From: Eledone cirrhosa
Taxonomy: Eukaryota
DNA length: 64,000 nt
Assembly: GCA_964016885.1 (NCBI GenBank)
Contig: OZ024764.1
Span: 28,644,001 to 28,708,000 of the forward strand
Direction of reading: 5' to 3'
Shown: positions 10,932-22,664 of the stretch, piece after piece
Position numbering within the stretch: the first letter of the stretch is position 1
How the letters are laid out: each line of letters starts with the position of its first letter
Program-made: the position numbers and the translations under genes
Notes under the pieces: generated by a model
The model's database searches: none
What the model was told of the DNA's origin: nothing
What the model saw: only the letters and a program-made list of their open reading frames with translations

Positions 10932-11100
10932 GGTGAATTGGCAGTATCGGTAGAGGGTCTGACGCCATGCTTTCCAGCATAGTTACGTCCCTTTACGATC
11001 CGAGGTTAACTTTGCCTTTCATCCTTACGGGGTCGATAAAATAAAGTACCAGTAATGTACTGGTTAATTGCTGGCCTTGTGCCTAAAGTAGAAACAATTA
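10932..11100 (+). mobile_element. tRNA-headed SINE (Octopus-type), internally deleted
   Basis: ggtgaattggcagtatcggtagag...gaggttaactttgcctttcatccttacggggtcgataaaataaagtaccag...gctggccttgtgcctaaagtagaaac; paralogous to 11742-11915. Confidence 0.8.
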
Positions 11101-11624
11101 TTAGTTCAAAGAGAAACCACCATCCTACCTGAAATATTATGTTATCATATTAAATATTTCTTATACTGTCATGTTTTTTCTTTAAAACGATTGCATCTCA
11201 ATAAAGTGAAGAAAACTATTATATACTGTTGTTATATCATTATACTTTAGTTTTAACATTTCTATGTGTATAAATATAATGTATGTAAGTGTGTTTGAAA
11301 ATATATAATAATAATATGCATGTTTGAAGCAAGGTTCAACTGAAATATCTATACCAGTAACTTAATTAGTGTTACACCTTAGGCATAAACTATTTGGCAT
11401 TCTTTGAAGGAGGTACTAGGTTTTTCGCTGTCTTAAATGGAGTATACACGCGCACACGATGCATATATATAAATTGTTTTTCTCTGTACAAAGAGATTGA
11501 CATCATTTCTTAAATCATTATTTAGGGTTTTACAACAAAACATATTGTATGTGTAATTATACAAATTGAATTTAAGTATTTATTTTAAAATTTTACATAC
11601 ACTTTAGTAGTATATATATATATA

Positions 11625-12392
11625 TTCATTTGTGATGCCATGCATTGTATTGTACACTTCGACATATGGATTATATTCATGCAACACCTCTCTTATCATA
11701 GCCATTTTTTGTGGTGAGCAGTCATTATTTGTTGGGACTAGGGCAGTGGATTGGCAGTATCGGTAGAGCATCAGACACCATGCTTTGCAGCATAGGGTTA
11801 TGGCCCTTTACGTTCTGGGTTCAAATCCCTCTAAGGTTGACTTTGTTTTCATCCTTATGAGGTCGATAGAATAAAGTACCAGTAATTGCTGGCCTTGTGC
11901 CAGAAACAATTATTTGGTTGTACTTCCAATCTGTGCTACACACCTTCGTTCCCATCAATAATATATAACTGGCCATATTGTGGTGTATTTTCTGCAGGTT
12001 ACAGAGATGGGTGTGTATTGATATGTTTGACCCTGAATATGAAATCTATACGGGCCTCTGCCGGGTGGTAACACCAAATGAAGTGAAATAAATGTAGTTT
12101 TAATTGCAGATGTTTCTGTGAAATCAACTGCTTCCTGGCCTCTTTCAAAGAGATTTCTCAGTCTCTCAGGGTATATTTGCAATGGTGGCAACACAACCTT
12201 TCCTTTATTACAACAGTTACAATTTTCATTTCTAAATTTCAAAGCTCCACAGTGATCACACGAAACATTCATATCACTAATATGAAATTCTTCTACATTT
12301 CCATTAATATTAATTGTTGGCCAATTTCTCTTACGACGCTCATTATCCATTCTTCTCTGTCTGAATGTTTTCCATTCTAAGTCTATTTGCAT
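11625..12392 (-). mobile_element. Helitron RepHel pseudogene, N-terminal Zn-finger-like region (unit 1), interrupted by a SINE
   Basis: MNVSCDHCGALKFRNENCNCCNKGKVVLPPL; PPGRGPYRFHIQGQTY; PQYGQLYIID; after the SINE, NDCSPQKMAMIREVLHEYNPYVEVYNTM. These are typical Helitron N-terminal motifs. Confidence 0.9.
11742..11915 (+). mobile_element. tRNA-headed SINE inserted in the Helitron ORF
   Basis: A-box-like TGGCAGTATCGG, B-box GGGTTCAAATCC (11817-11828), core gaggtcgatagaataaagtaccag; degenerate flanking duplication attatttgttg / attatttggttg. Confidence 0.8.
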
Positions 12393-12493
12393 GGAATAAT
12401 TATATTCTGTTGTTTATTATGTAATTAAATAGCTCTGTACAATACATAGAGCATTCTTCTTTTCTTTACCTTTTCTATGGAAATACAAGAACA

Positions 12494-12564
<71 letters not shown>

Positions 12565-14023
12565 ACATACATAAACAAGACTGTTATTGCTCCAACCAGT
12601 CTATTTACCTTTGATAACTATCCTAAATATAAATACACCTATACCATACATACATATATCATATATGTTTTTGATGCCGTGGTATAGCAGAGATAAGCAA
12701 GAAGAGAAAAGAAAATGAAAATGAGAAAAAAAAAGAAGTAAGAAGTCGGGGGAGGGACAGACACTTCACCCCAGTCTAAGTGGTCCCTCAGCCGCAACCT
12801 GTGGAAGAAACGTAAAAGCGTTACCTCAGAGCAAGGCCAGAGACACCTGCTACAATAGTCGCCCCTCCTCATGAGGCTCCTGTCGTCTTTCCTCCCGACT
12901 TTATGGAGGAAATCAGCAGTACAGGGACCAAGTATGGCAGAGGTCTCAATGGAGTGGAAGAGGTGAGTCAGGCCTTGGTACTATCTTACTATCCTCTGCA
13001 TTGCGGGGTGTGGAGCCTAGGTTTGTGGCTGTAGCTATATTTGAACTTTTATATGAAATTTCAGTTTTATATTTTTCACATCATAAAACTTAATCTTAGT
13101 CTTTTGCAGCTCATCTTGTTTCATCTCTCAGCACACAATTTGGGAACCACTGCTCTAGAGATAGAAAAAGTATATTTTATGCAGGGCTTCCCTGAGACAT
13201 AAAAACTATTTCAAGAGATCGACATGGGTAGAAAGGTTGAGAATGCTGCACAATGTTCTTTGGTTTTTGTTCACCTTTAAATAATCATGTATAAAATATC
13301 GGGTGTGCAAGATTTCATGAAAAGGTATAACATTATTTATGCTGATCTTGCAGGGACTAGCTCCAACTGAGAGTTGTACCAATTCCCACTAAACTCGAAA
13401 CTCCTGGACAATATATACATATCTTTATAAGTTCCTGTGTATTGTGTCGCTGTATAATGAAACATAAATATATACCATGCATGTCAGTCAGATTTGAACT
13501 CACTATATTTGGCGTTTTATAGATATAATTTGTTTGTTAAAACAATTGATTAAATAATAACTAAATAAAATTAATTCTACAATCCTGGATAGGGAATGAA
13601 CTAGAAGCCATCTATTCGAGCAGTATTGCCATCTAAGCCACCAGGTTACTTACAGAACTTCATTCAAATATAAAATATAAAATATATGCCAGACATAGTG
13701 AGTTCGAATCTGACTGATTAGTTGGTCATTGTCCCAGCCAACAGTTTAAATCGCCAACCAGTAGGTGACATCGACTAGGTTGGGAAAACTTGGTTAAGTA
13801 GCTCCAGTTATTGCTACGTTAGACATATTCAAGACTTATCGACACTGAATGGAAGAAAGGTAAAGTTGAACTCAGAGTAAAGAACTGGAAAAATACTGCA
13901 AAGAATTCTATCTGATGTTCTAACAATTCTACCAAGTTACCTTATGTATATATATTTATATCTAGAGATAAGAAGAAAACTGAAAGAAAGAAAAGAAAAA
14001 AAATGAGACCTTATATGTAACCC

Positions 14024-14734
14024 ATGTTACAACTCAATATATATATATTTGGGTTGTAACATATTCCTGCCGGTGAAATAAAAATTTTAATAGAAAAACG
14101 GCGGGAATATATGTTACAACCCAATCTATATATATTTGAGTTGTAACATATATTCCCGCCGTTGAAATAAAAATTTTAATAGAAAAACGGCGGGAATATA
14201 TGTTACAATCCAAGCTACATATTTTTGGGTTGTAACATATATTCCCGCCGTTGAAATAAAAATTTTAATAGAAAAACGGCGGGAATATATGTTACAACGC
14301 AATCTATATATTTTGGGTTGTAACATATATTCCCGCCGTTGAAATAAAAATTTTAATAGAAAAACGGCGGGAATATATGTTACAACCCAACCTATATATG
14401 TTTGGGTTGTAATATATATTCCCGCCGTTTTTATGTTAAAATTTTTATTTCAACGGCGGGAATATATGTTACAACCCAAATATATATAGATTGGGTTGTA
14501 ACATATGTTCCCGCCGTTTTCCTATTAAAATTTTTATTTCAACGGCGGGAATATATGTTACAACCCAAATATATATAGATTGGGTTGTAACATATGTTCC
14601 CGCCGTTTTCCTATTAAAATTTTTATTTCAACGGCGGGAATATATGTTACAACCCAAATATATATAGATTGGGTTGTAACATATATTCCCGCCGTTTTTC
14701 TATTAAAATTTTTATTTCAACGGCGGGAATATAT
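14024..14734. mobile_element. mirror-symmetric tandem array of 78-bp palindromic mariner-type (MADE1-like) MITEs, 4 forward + 4 reverse (last truncated)
   Basis: Element = TTGGGTTGTAACATATATTCCCGCCGTT + gaaataaaaattttaatagaaa + AACGGCGGGAATATATGTTACAACCCAA, with 10-11-bp TA-rich spacers (period 88-89). The 22-bp loop switches to its reverse complement after ~14400. Confidence 0.85.
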
Positions 14735-14791
14735 ACCCTGAGAGACTGAGAAATCTCTTTCAAAGAGATTTCTCAGTCTCTCAGGGTATAT
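14731..14791. other. perfect 61-bp snap-back palindrome at the duplication junction; also 29670-29730, 44529-44589 (1 mismatch), 59479-59539
   Basis: atataccctgagagactgagaaatctcttt-c-aaagagatttctcagtctctcagggtatat. Confidence 0.97.
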
Positions 14792-15007
14792 TTGCAATGG
14801 TGGCAACACAACCTTTCCTTTATTACAACAGTTACAATTTTCATTTTTAAATTTCAAAGCTCCACAGTGATCACACGAAACATTCATATCACTAATATGA
14901 AATCCTTCTACATTTCCATTAATATTAATTGTTGGCCAATTTCTCTTACGACGCTCATTATCCATTCTTCTCTGTCTGAATGTTTTCCAGTCTAAGTCTA
15001 TTTGCAT
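14755..15007 (-). pseudogene. second, truncated copy of the Helitron N-terminal fragment; also 29694-29946, 44553-44805, 59503-59755
   Basis: Near-identical to ORF 11955-12392 up to ..LRNLFER, then reads into the hairpin (DFSVSQGIYSRR). Confidence 0.9.
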
Positions 15008-17848
15008 GGAATAATTATATTCAGTTGTTTATTATGTAATTAAATAGCTCTGTACAATACATAGAGCATTCTTCTTTTCTTTACCTTTTCTATGGAAATA
15101 CAAGAACAAACAGATATATATATATATATATATATATGTGTGTATATACATAAACAAGACTGTTATTGCTTCAACCAGTCTATTTACCTTTGATAACTAT
15201 CCTAAATATAAATACACCTATACCATACATACACATATCATATATGTTTTTGATGCCGTGGTATAGCAGAGATAAGCAAGAAGAGAAAAGAAAATGAAAA
15301 TGAGAAAAAAAAAGAAGTAAGAAGTCGGGGGAGGGACAGACACTTCACCCCAGTCTAAGTGGTCCCTCAGCCGCAACCTGTGGAAGAAACGTAAAAGCGT
15401 TACCTCGGAGCAAGGCCAGAGACACCTGCTACAATAGTCGCCCCTCCTCATGAGGCTCCTGTCGTCTTTCCTCCCGACTTTATGGAGGAAATCAGCAGTA
15501 CAGGGACCAAGTATGGCAGAGGTCTCAATGGAGTGGAAGAGGTGAGTCAGGCCTTGGTACTATCTTACTATCCTTTGCATTGCGGGGTGTGGAGCCTAGG
15601 TTTCTGGCTGTAGCTATATTTGAACTTTTATATGAAATTTCAGTTTTATATTTTTCACATCTTAAAACTTAATCTTAGTCTTTTGCAGCTCATCTTGTTT
15701 CATCTCGCAGCACACGATTTGGGAACCACTGCTCTAGAGATAGAAAAAGTATATTTTATGCAGGGCTTCCCTGAGACATAAAAACTATTTCAAGAGATCG
15801 ACATGGGTAGAAAGGTTGAGAAATGCTGCACAATGTTCTTTGGTTTTTGTTCACCTTTAAATAATCATGTATAAAACATCGGGTGTGCAAGATTTCATGA
15901 AAAGGTATAACATTATTTATGCTGATCTTGCAGGAACTAGCTCCAATTGAGAGTTGTACCAATTCCCACTAAACTCGAAACTCCTGGACAATATATACAT
16001 ATCTTTATAAGTTCCTGTGTATTGTGTCGTTGTATAATGAAACATAAATATATACCATGCATGTCAGTCAGATTTGAACTCACTATATTTGGCGTTTTAT
16101 AGATATAATTTGTTTGTTAAAACAATTGATTAAATAATAACTAAATAAAATTAATTCTACAATCCTGGATAGGGAATGAACTTATAACTTCATAATAGAA
16201 GCCATCTATTCGAGCAGTATTGCCACCAGGTTACTTACAGAGCTTCATTCAAATATAAAGTATAAAATATATGCCAGACATAGTGAGTTCGAATCTGACT
16301 GATTAGTTGGTCATTGTCCCAGCCAACAGTTTAAATCGCCAACCAGTAGGTGACATCGACTAGGTTGGGAAAACTTGGTTAAGTAGCTCCAATTATTGCT
16401 ACGTTAGACATATTCAAGACTTATCGACACCGAATGGAAGAAAGGTAAAGTTGAACTCAGAGTAAAGAACTGGAAAAATACTGCAAAGAATTCTATCTGA
16501 TGTTCTAACAATTCTACCAAATTACCTTATGTATATATATTTATATCTAGAGATAAGAAGAAAACTGAAAGAAAGAAAAAAAAAAAAATGAGACCTTATA
16601 TGTAACCCATGACCGGGATTGAAACCGAAACCAGGACTACCACCATCTCTGGTATCACCCACCAGACCACCATGAAAGATACAAAAATCTGCTTTTTTAA
16701 TATTTATAAGCCTACTTTCAATATAAAAGTAATTAACATGTGGTGTTGTTCATGCCTTTCTCTATGTTATTGGTAAAAAATAAAGTATTTAAACCTCAAA
16801 TTTTGTTATTCAAATATGCTTGCTTATGTAATTATAAATGTCGCAGAATACACACACATATATAGATGTGAAAATATTCAGGACCCCAACGGCTGTGCTA
16901 CTGCCGTTTCGACATCTATATATATATCTTTTAGTCCTAGGCTCTTTCAGCGCAGAAAGAATTCTCCAATGATCACAATCAGCTAATGGTGCCCAGTGGA
17001 AGCACTTTTAGTCTAATTATAACCCCAACGATCACGATTAGCGGCGGCTTTTTCGAGTCTGAGGTTGACTGCCAGCTATATATATATATATATTTTTATA
17101 CTTTGCTAGAATCCCGGAGAACAACAGAAAGATGCTGAGTTCAGAGTTTAAAAAACATGTCCCCTTTAATATAAAAACAATCCGAGTCTTGTAAAAGTGT
17201 TATTACTGTAATATAAAGTAGAAACCCTTTATTTAAACAAAGCTGCGATGCAGCGATCATCAAAGCAAACCCCAAAATGTAAACAAACTTCTCGCAGGTG
17301 CTGCCAGATACACGATAACATGTGTATACGAAGTGTAACAGGGAGTTGGGTCGTATTATATGACTTTCAAATTGACCCCTATTATATTCAAATTATCCCC
17401 TGTGGGGCGTGCACCCCACGTTGAGAATCCCTCATAAATAAATATATGTGAGTGTGTTGCTATGACTGCTATTTCTAGCAGGTTTACTGCAGTCCTGTAG
17501 ACGCACAACAAAAACCGGAAGTGGCAGCCATTAAAAAACTTTGGCTTAAAATCAGCCAAAAGATTTTCAATAATAGTAAAATTTTATTTTTGACAAGGAC
17601 GATAACTTTTGTCTTACTTAATCGCAAAAATCGGGGCAAAAATTTTGAGGGTGTGCAGTTTACACGCTAAAAGTAAACCTGCTAGAAATAGCAGTCATAG
17701 CAACTCACTTACATATATTTATATATCATATATATATATATATGATATATATATTGACACTTTAGAAATAGCAGCGAATAACAGAAAGGACACACACACA
17801 TATATATATATATACACACACACACACATATATATATATATGCCCCAG

Positions 17849-17898
<50 letters not shown>

Positions 17899-18326
17899 TA
17901 TATATATATGCCCCAGCATACACACACACACACACATATATATATACATATATATATATATGCCCCAGCATGGTCTTGGACGATCGTCTAACTAAGGCCA
18001 ATAATAAAATACTTCAAAATAAATTAAATACTACTAAATCCGGGGTTACAACTTGGATTACTTAAAAGTCAGTAAAGCTGTAAAGATTCTATATTGTAAA
18101 TAGGTGGTCGCATGTTCGAATCCGGGCAAATCCCGAGAAAAATAACAAAAAGAAGGACAATGTAAAAATAACAGCCATAGACGAGAGGAGGACACACACA
18201 CAAACACACACATATACACACACATGTATATATATATATATGTGTGTCTGTGTATGTGTTTGGCTGCTATATATATATATAGAGGTCAACACACACACAC
18301 GTACATATATAAGTGTGTGTGTTTGG

Positions 18327-18370
<44 letters not shown>

Positions 18371-18989
18371 ATATAAATATATGTGAGTTGCTATGACTGC
18401 TATTTCTAGCAGGTTTATTTTAGCGTGTAAACTGCACACCCGCAAAATTTTTGCCTCGATTTTTGCGATTAAGTAAGACAAAAGTTATCGTCCTTGTCAA
18501 AAATAAAATTTTACTATTATTGAAAATCTTTTGGCTGATTTTAAGCCAAAGTTTTTTAATGGCTGCCACTTCCGTTTTTGTTGTGCGTCTACAGGACTGC
18601 AGTAAACCTGCTAGAAATAGCAGTCATAGCAACGCACTCACATATTTTTATTTATGAGGGATCCTCAACGTGGGGTGCACGCCCCACAGGGGATAATTTG
18701 AATATAATAGGGGTCAATTTGAAAGTCATATAATACGACCAAGCTTCCAGATACACTTCGTATACACATGTTATTTGAAGTTTGTTTTGATCATCGCTGC
18801 ATCGCAGCTTTGTTTAAATATAGGGTTTCTACTTTATATTACAGTAATAAAAGTTTTACTTCGTCTACACATGTTATCATGTATCCGGCAGCACCTATGG
18901 GCTGTTTGTTTATACTTTGGTGTTTATTTTGATCATCGCCTCATCGCAGGTTTGTTTAATTAAAGGTTGCGAGGGGGATCACTGATATA

Positions 18990-19023
<34 letters not shown>

Positions 19024-19102
19024 ACGAAAAGACACACATATATATATACATACACGCAGACATACACCTGTGTGTATGTGCGTGTGTGCGTGTCTTTGGC
19101 TG

Positions 19103-19182
<80 letters not shown>

Positions 19183-19296
19183 GTGTATATATATACAGAC
19201 ACACACTGTTGTTTCTTGATTTTTAGCTGCTGTTTCTAAAGTGTCTATTAATATATGCTAGAAATAGCAGTCAAGGGAACATTTACGTATATATAT

Positions 19297-19688
19297 GTAA
19301 GGACAGTGACACCTGCTGCAACAGGCATCCAACCTCGTGGGACTCCATCCTCGGACGGGCCACAGACACTGCGATGTTGCGGAGGAGCTCGGCTGTAATG
19401 GGTCCAAGTTGGCCCGGGGTCTCGACGGCGGCTGGTGCTTAGAAGAGGCTCCAGGACAAACACCGGAATTTGTTTATTTTATGTTCATCTGCGAGACGGG
19501 CAGCGATGCTGGGGTTTGTGGATCTACCTCCTTCGAATGGGAAGAGGGTGATTCCCTCGGGGTGCTTGCCATCTCCGCGGCCTAGGCCTGCTGGTTCCAG
19601 TTGAGATGGAAATTCAGCTGCGTCCAGGTTTCTTCTCACTATGTCGTTGAGAGCATTTATGTGGCTCACACACGCGGAGGCCAAGGCG
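19297..19688 (-). mobile_element. CRE-like RLE remnant a (unit 2)
   Basis: Copy of 4069-4460 (ORF 19439-19684). Confidence 0.85.
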
Positions 19689-21361
19689 TTGGGCTACTCC
19701 GATGCGAGTTCAATCATCATCAAGAATTTATTTGAATTGAAAGGTCACTAAACTAATATAGGAGTGTCATTTAAAAATAAGGTAAACAGAAATAGTTACA
19801 CCGGTAACATAATTACTGTTACACCGGTAGTTCACTAACAATTCATTTCACGTTCCTCTCTAACAGGTAATGTTTTAATTTGCTCTCCATGTTGGGGAGT
19901 AACTGTAGTTTGGCTTGCTAGGGGTCATACATCTTCATACACACACACACACATACTATCTATATATATACAAAGGAAAGGAAGATAAACAAATATCAGA
20001 GGATTTGACCGGCTTCTTCCTCTTGGCACCTGTAGCCACCATGACGTATAAGTATAAATATATATACATATCTATCTATCTATATATATATCATCATTTT
20101 CATTTTACGTCTGCTTTTCCCTGTTTGCAAGGGTGGGGCATATATATATATATCATCATCATTATACATCCACTTTTCCCCGCTTGGCAGCACCTACGAG
20201 AAGTTTGTTTTGATCATCGCTGCATCGTAGCTTTGTTTAAATAAAGGGTTTCTACTTTATATTACAGTAATAATACTTTCAGAATACTCGGATTGTTTTT
20301 ATATTAAAGGGGAACATAAACATATTTTAGAGGAGGGGTGTGGAACAGAAAAGTTTGGGGACCACTGATACACACACACATTTATTTACTATATATATAA
20401 TATATACATATATATATGTCTGTGTGTGTATACTATATATATATATATATGTACAGGGAGGTCGAAGCATTTCAGAATTTTTCTAGGGGGGGGGGGGTGC
20501 AAATCCCCCTCTTTATATCAATTAGCACTAACTCTCTCCCTCTCTATATCTACTACACGGCACTCTCTTCCAATACCCCTCTCTATATGAAGTAACACCA
20601 AACTCTCCCCCTCTCTATATATTAAGCACTAAGTCAGGAATTTTTTTCTTCTTTCGTGCAGAGAGAGTAAAGTTGATTAAATCTACTGCAGTGAATTACT
20701 GGTATTTTATTTAATAAAAATTAAAATTTACTATTTGTCTTCGTTTAATTTTCGTTTTTCTTTACATAGTTTCGTTTCGTTAAATGTCTCCAGAATTTGT
20801 TTTTACTTTTACCGGATATTGAAGGTGTAAACTTGGTGTTGTCTAGAAACGTGTTAGAAATATTTTTCTTTTAATTGTGAAGAATTTAACCGCAAAGTAA
20901 GTTTTTTTTACTGTTTATTTGTGGCTGGGACAACGTATGGTATGTGTTAATGTAAATGGTGAAGGTTTAAAGATTCTTTTTACAACTGAAAATCAGTTTG
21001 TTGTTGCTGCTAATTACTTAACGCATGGAATAGATTAAAAAAATACAGGATTGTTTCTCGGAAGAGAGAAAGAAGAAACAACAAATCACAGAAGCGGGTA
21101 GCACACACATTTGGGACCACATACAACACAAAAACAGGTAATCCACACATCTGGGACCACATACAACACACCAGCAGGTAATACATTCATCTAGGACCAC
21201 ATAAGCAGGTAATACACACATCTAGGACCACATACAACACACAAGCAGGTAATACACACATCTAGGACGACATACAACCAAAGGCAGGCGAAAGGGGTGG
21301 ACAAACGAGCTGCTACTAGAGCAAAAGATAACAGTATCGCGAGGAGCACTGGGAAACCTCT

Positions 21362-21577
21362 CTAATGATTTTTTAGGCAAGCCAGCACGTCTGCAGCGTT
21401 ACCTCGGGCGATGGCGAGGCTGAGGAGCTGGAACAACCAAGTGCCCTCACGAGCTTCACCAGTCACCTTCGTCAGGCTAGCCGCCAGTGAAGATAGGAAT
21501 CTCGCAGTCAGTATCCCGACTCCCCCAAACGCCACAGGCTGGAAAATGTAGTTGGCCGACAGATCACAGTATTACTT
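21362..21577 (-). mobile_element. CRE-like RLE remnant b (unit 2)
   Basis: Copy of 6133-6348. Confidence 0.8.
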
Positions 21578-22664
21578 AACAGTGATAGATATTCTGTCTA
21601 AAGGAGGGGCGTGCAACAGGCGGCCCGCGGGGCCACAATCGAGCCCACCTGACCAGTCAGAGTGGCCCGCAATGACTGTTGTAGGCTTATTTAGAATTTT
21701 TTCCATACCCGTAATACTTCTGTTAGTTGACCTATACTAAAGGACTTCACTGATAGGGTTATATGTGTTATAGTTTCCCAGTTGACCTATACTAAAGGGC
21801 TTCACTGATAGAGTTATATGTGTTATAGTTTCCCAGAGGGCTTCACTGATAGGGTTATATGTGTTATAGTTTCCCAGTTGACCTATACTAAAGGACTTCA
21901 CTGATAGGGTTATATGTGTTATAGTTTCCCAGTTGACCTATACTAAAGGACTTCACTGATAGGGTTATATGTGTTATCGTTTCCCAGTTGACCTATACTA
22001 AAGGACTTCACTGATAGGGTTATATGTGTTATAGTTTCCCAGTTGACCTATACTAAAGGGCTTCACTGATAGAGTTATATGTGTTATAGTTTGAAACAAA
22101 CTACCTGCATCAGTTATTATACTTTTATAACACCGCTATATTACCTACATGAAAGAGGTAAATATTTATTTCTCTTGTCTTCTTAAATGTATAGAACATT
22201 TTTCTTATATATATTCTTAACATAGCTAGGACCGTTTATTATTTACTAGTCTCTACTCCTAGGACTTTGCTGGTCTCATGTCCCCTCCATCAACACACAC
22301 TCGGTAGAAAGCTGGTCGTCGGAGGTAAAGTGGCCCTGATTACAGGTCTAGTATTGAAGCCTTTCGGCTTGAGCCTTGCTGATGCCGACAGAGTTCCTGT
22401 GGTAGTTTTGGTAGCACAGGTGACATTTTATTGTGTTTAGGTACCGGCTAGTGCGGACACAGAGAGCACAACCAGGTGGTGAGCTGGCAACGACCAAGTG
22501 TAGAGGGCCAGCTTTGAAATTCGAGCGACGGAGTGAACTAGTAAAAGAGGCAGGGTAAGCAGCATTGGTTCTAACGGTGGGACTAGAACGGAGGTTGGGT
22601 GGTGCTGGGGGTGGGCTAACAGCTAACAGTTGTAGGAGTGGTGGGGGTTTGCTAGGATTAATTT

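Larger units (their letters stand above)
1..15258. repeat. macrosatellite unit 1 (phase arbitrary)
   Basis: Near-identical to 15259-30201; differences are mainly micro/minisatellite copy number. Confidence 0.97.
12140..16611. repeat. internal direct duplication of ~1.9 kb (A1 12140-14026, A2 14755-16611) flanking the MITE array; present in every unit
   Basis: Both copies run from ctctttcaaagag to gagaccttatatgtaacccatg; ORF pairs 12639/15218 and 12177/14792. Confidence 0.97.

Noticed and set aside
14024-14734. CRISPR-like look of regularly spaced palindromic repeats
   Set aside because: Intervening sequences are near-identical rather than unique spacers, there are no cas genes, and the context is eukaryotic.
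1-15258. Typical tandem-array payloads (5S, U1/U2/U5/U6 snRNA, SL RNA, histones, functional tRNA)
   Set aside because: None of their hallmark sequences were seen on either strand by eye; an Rfam cmscan would be decisive.
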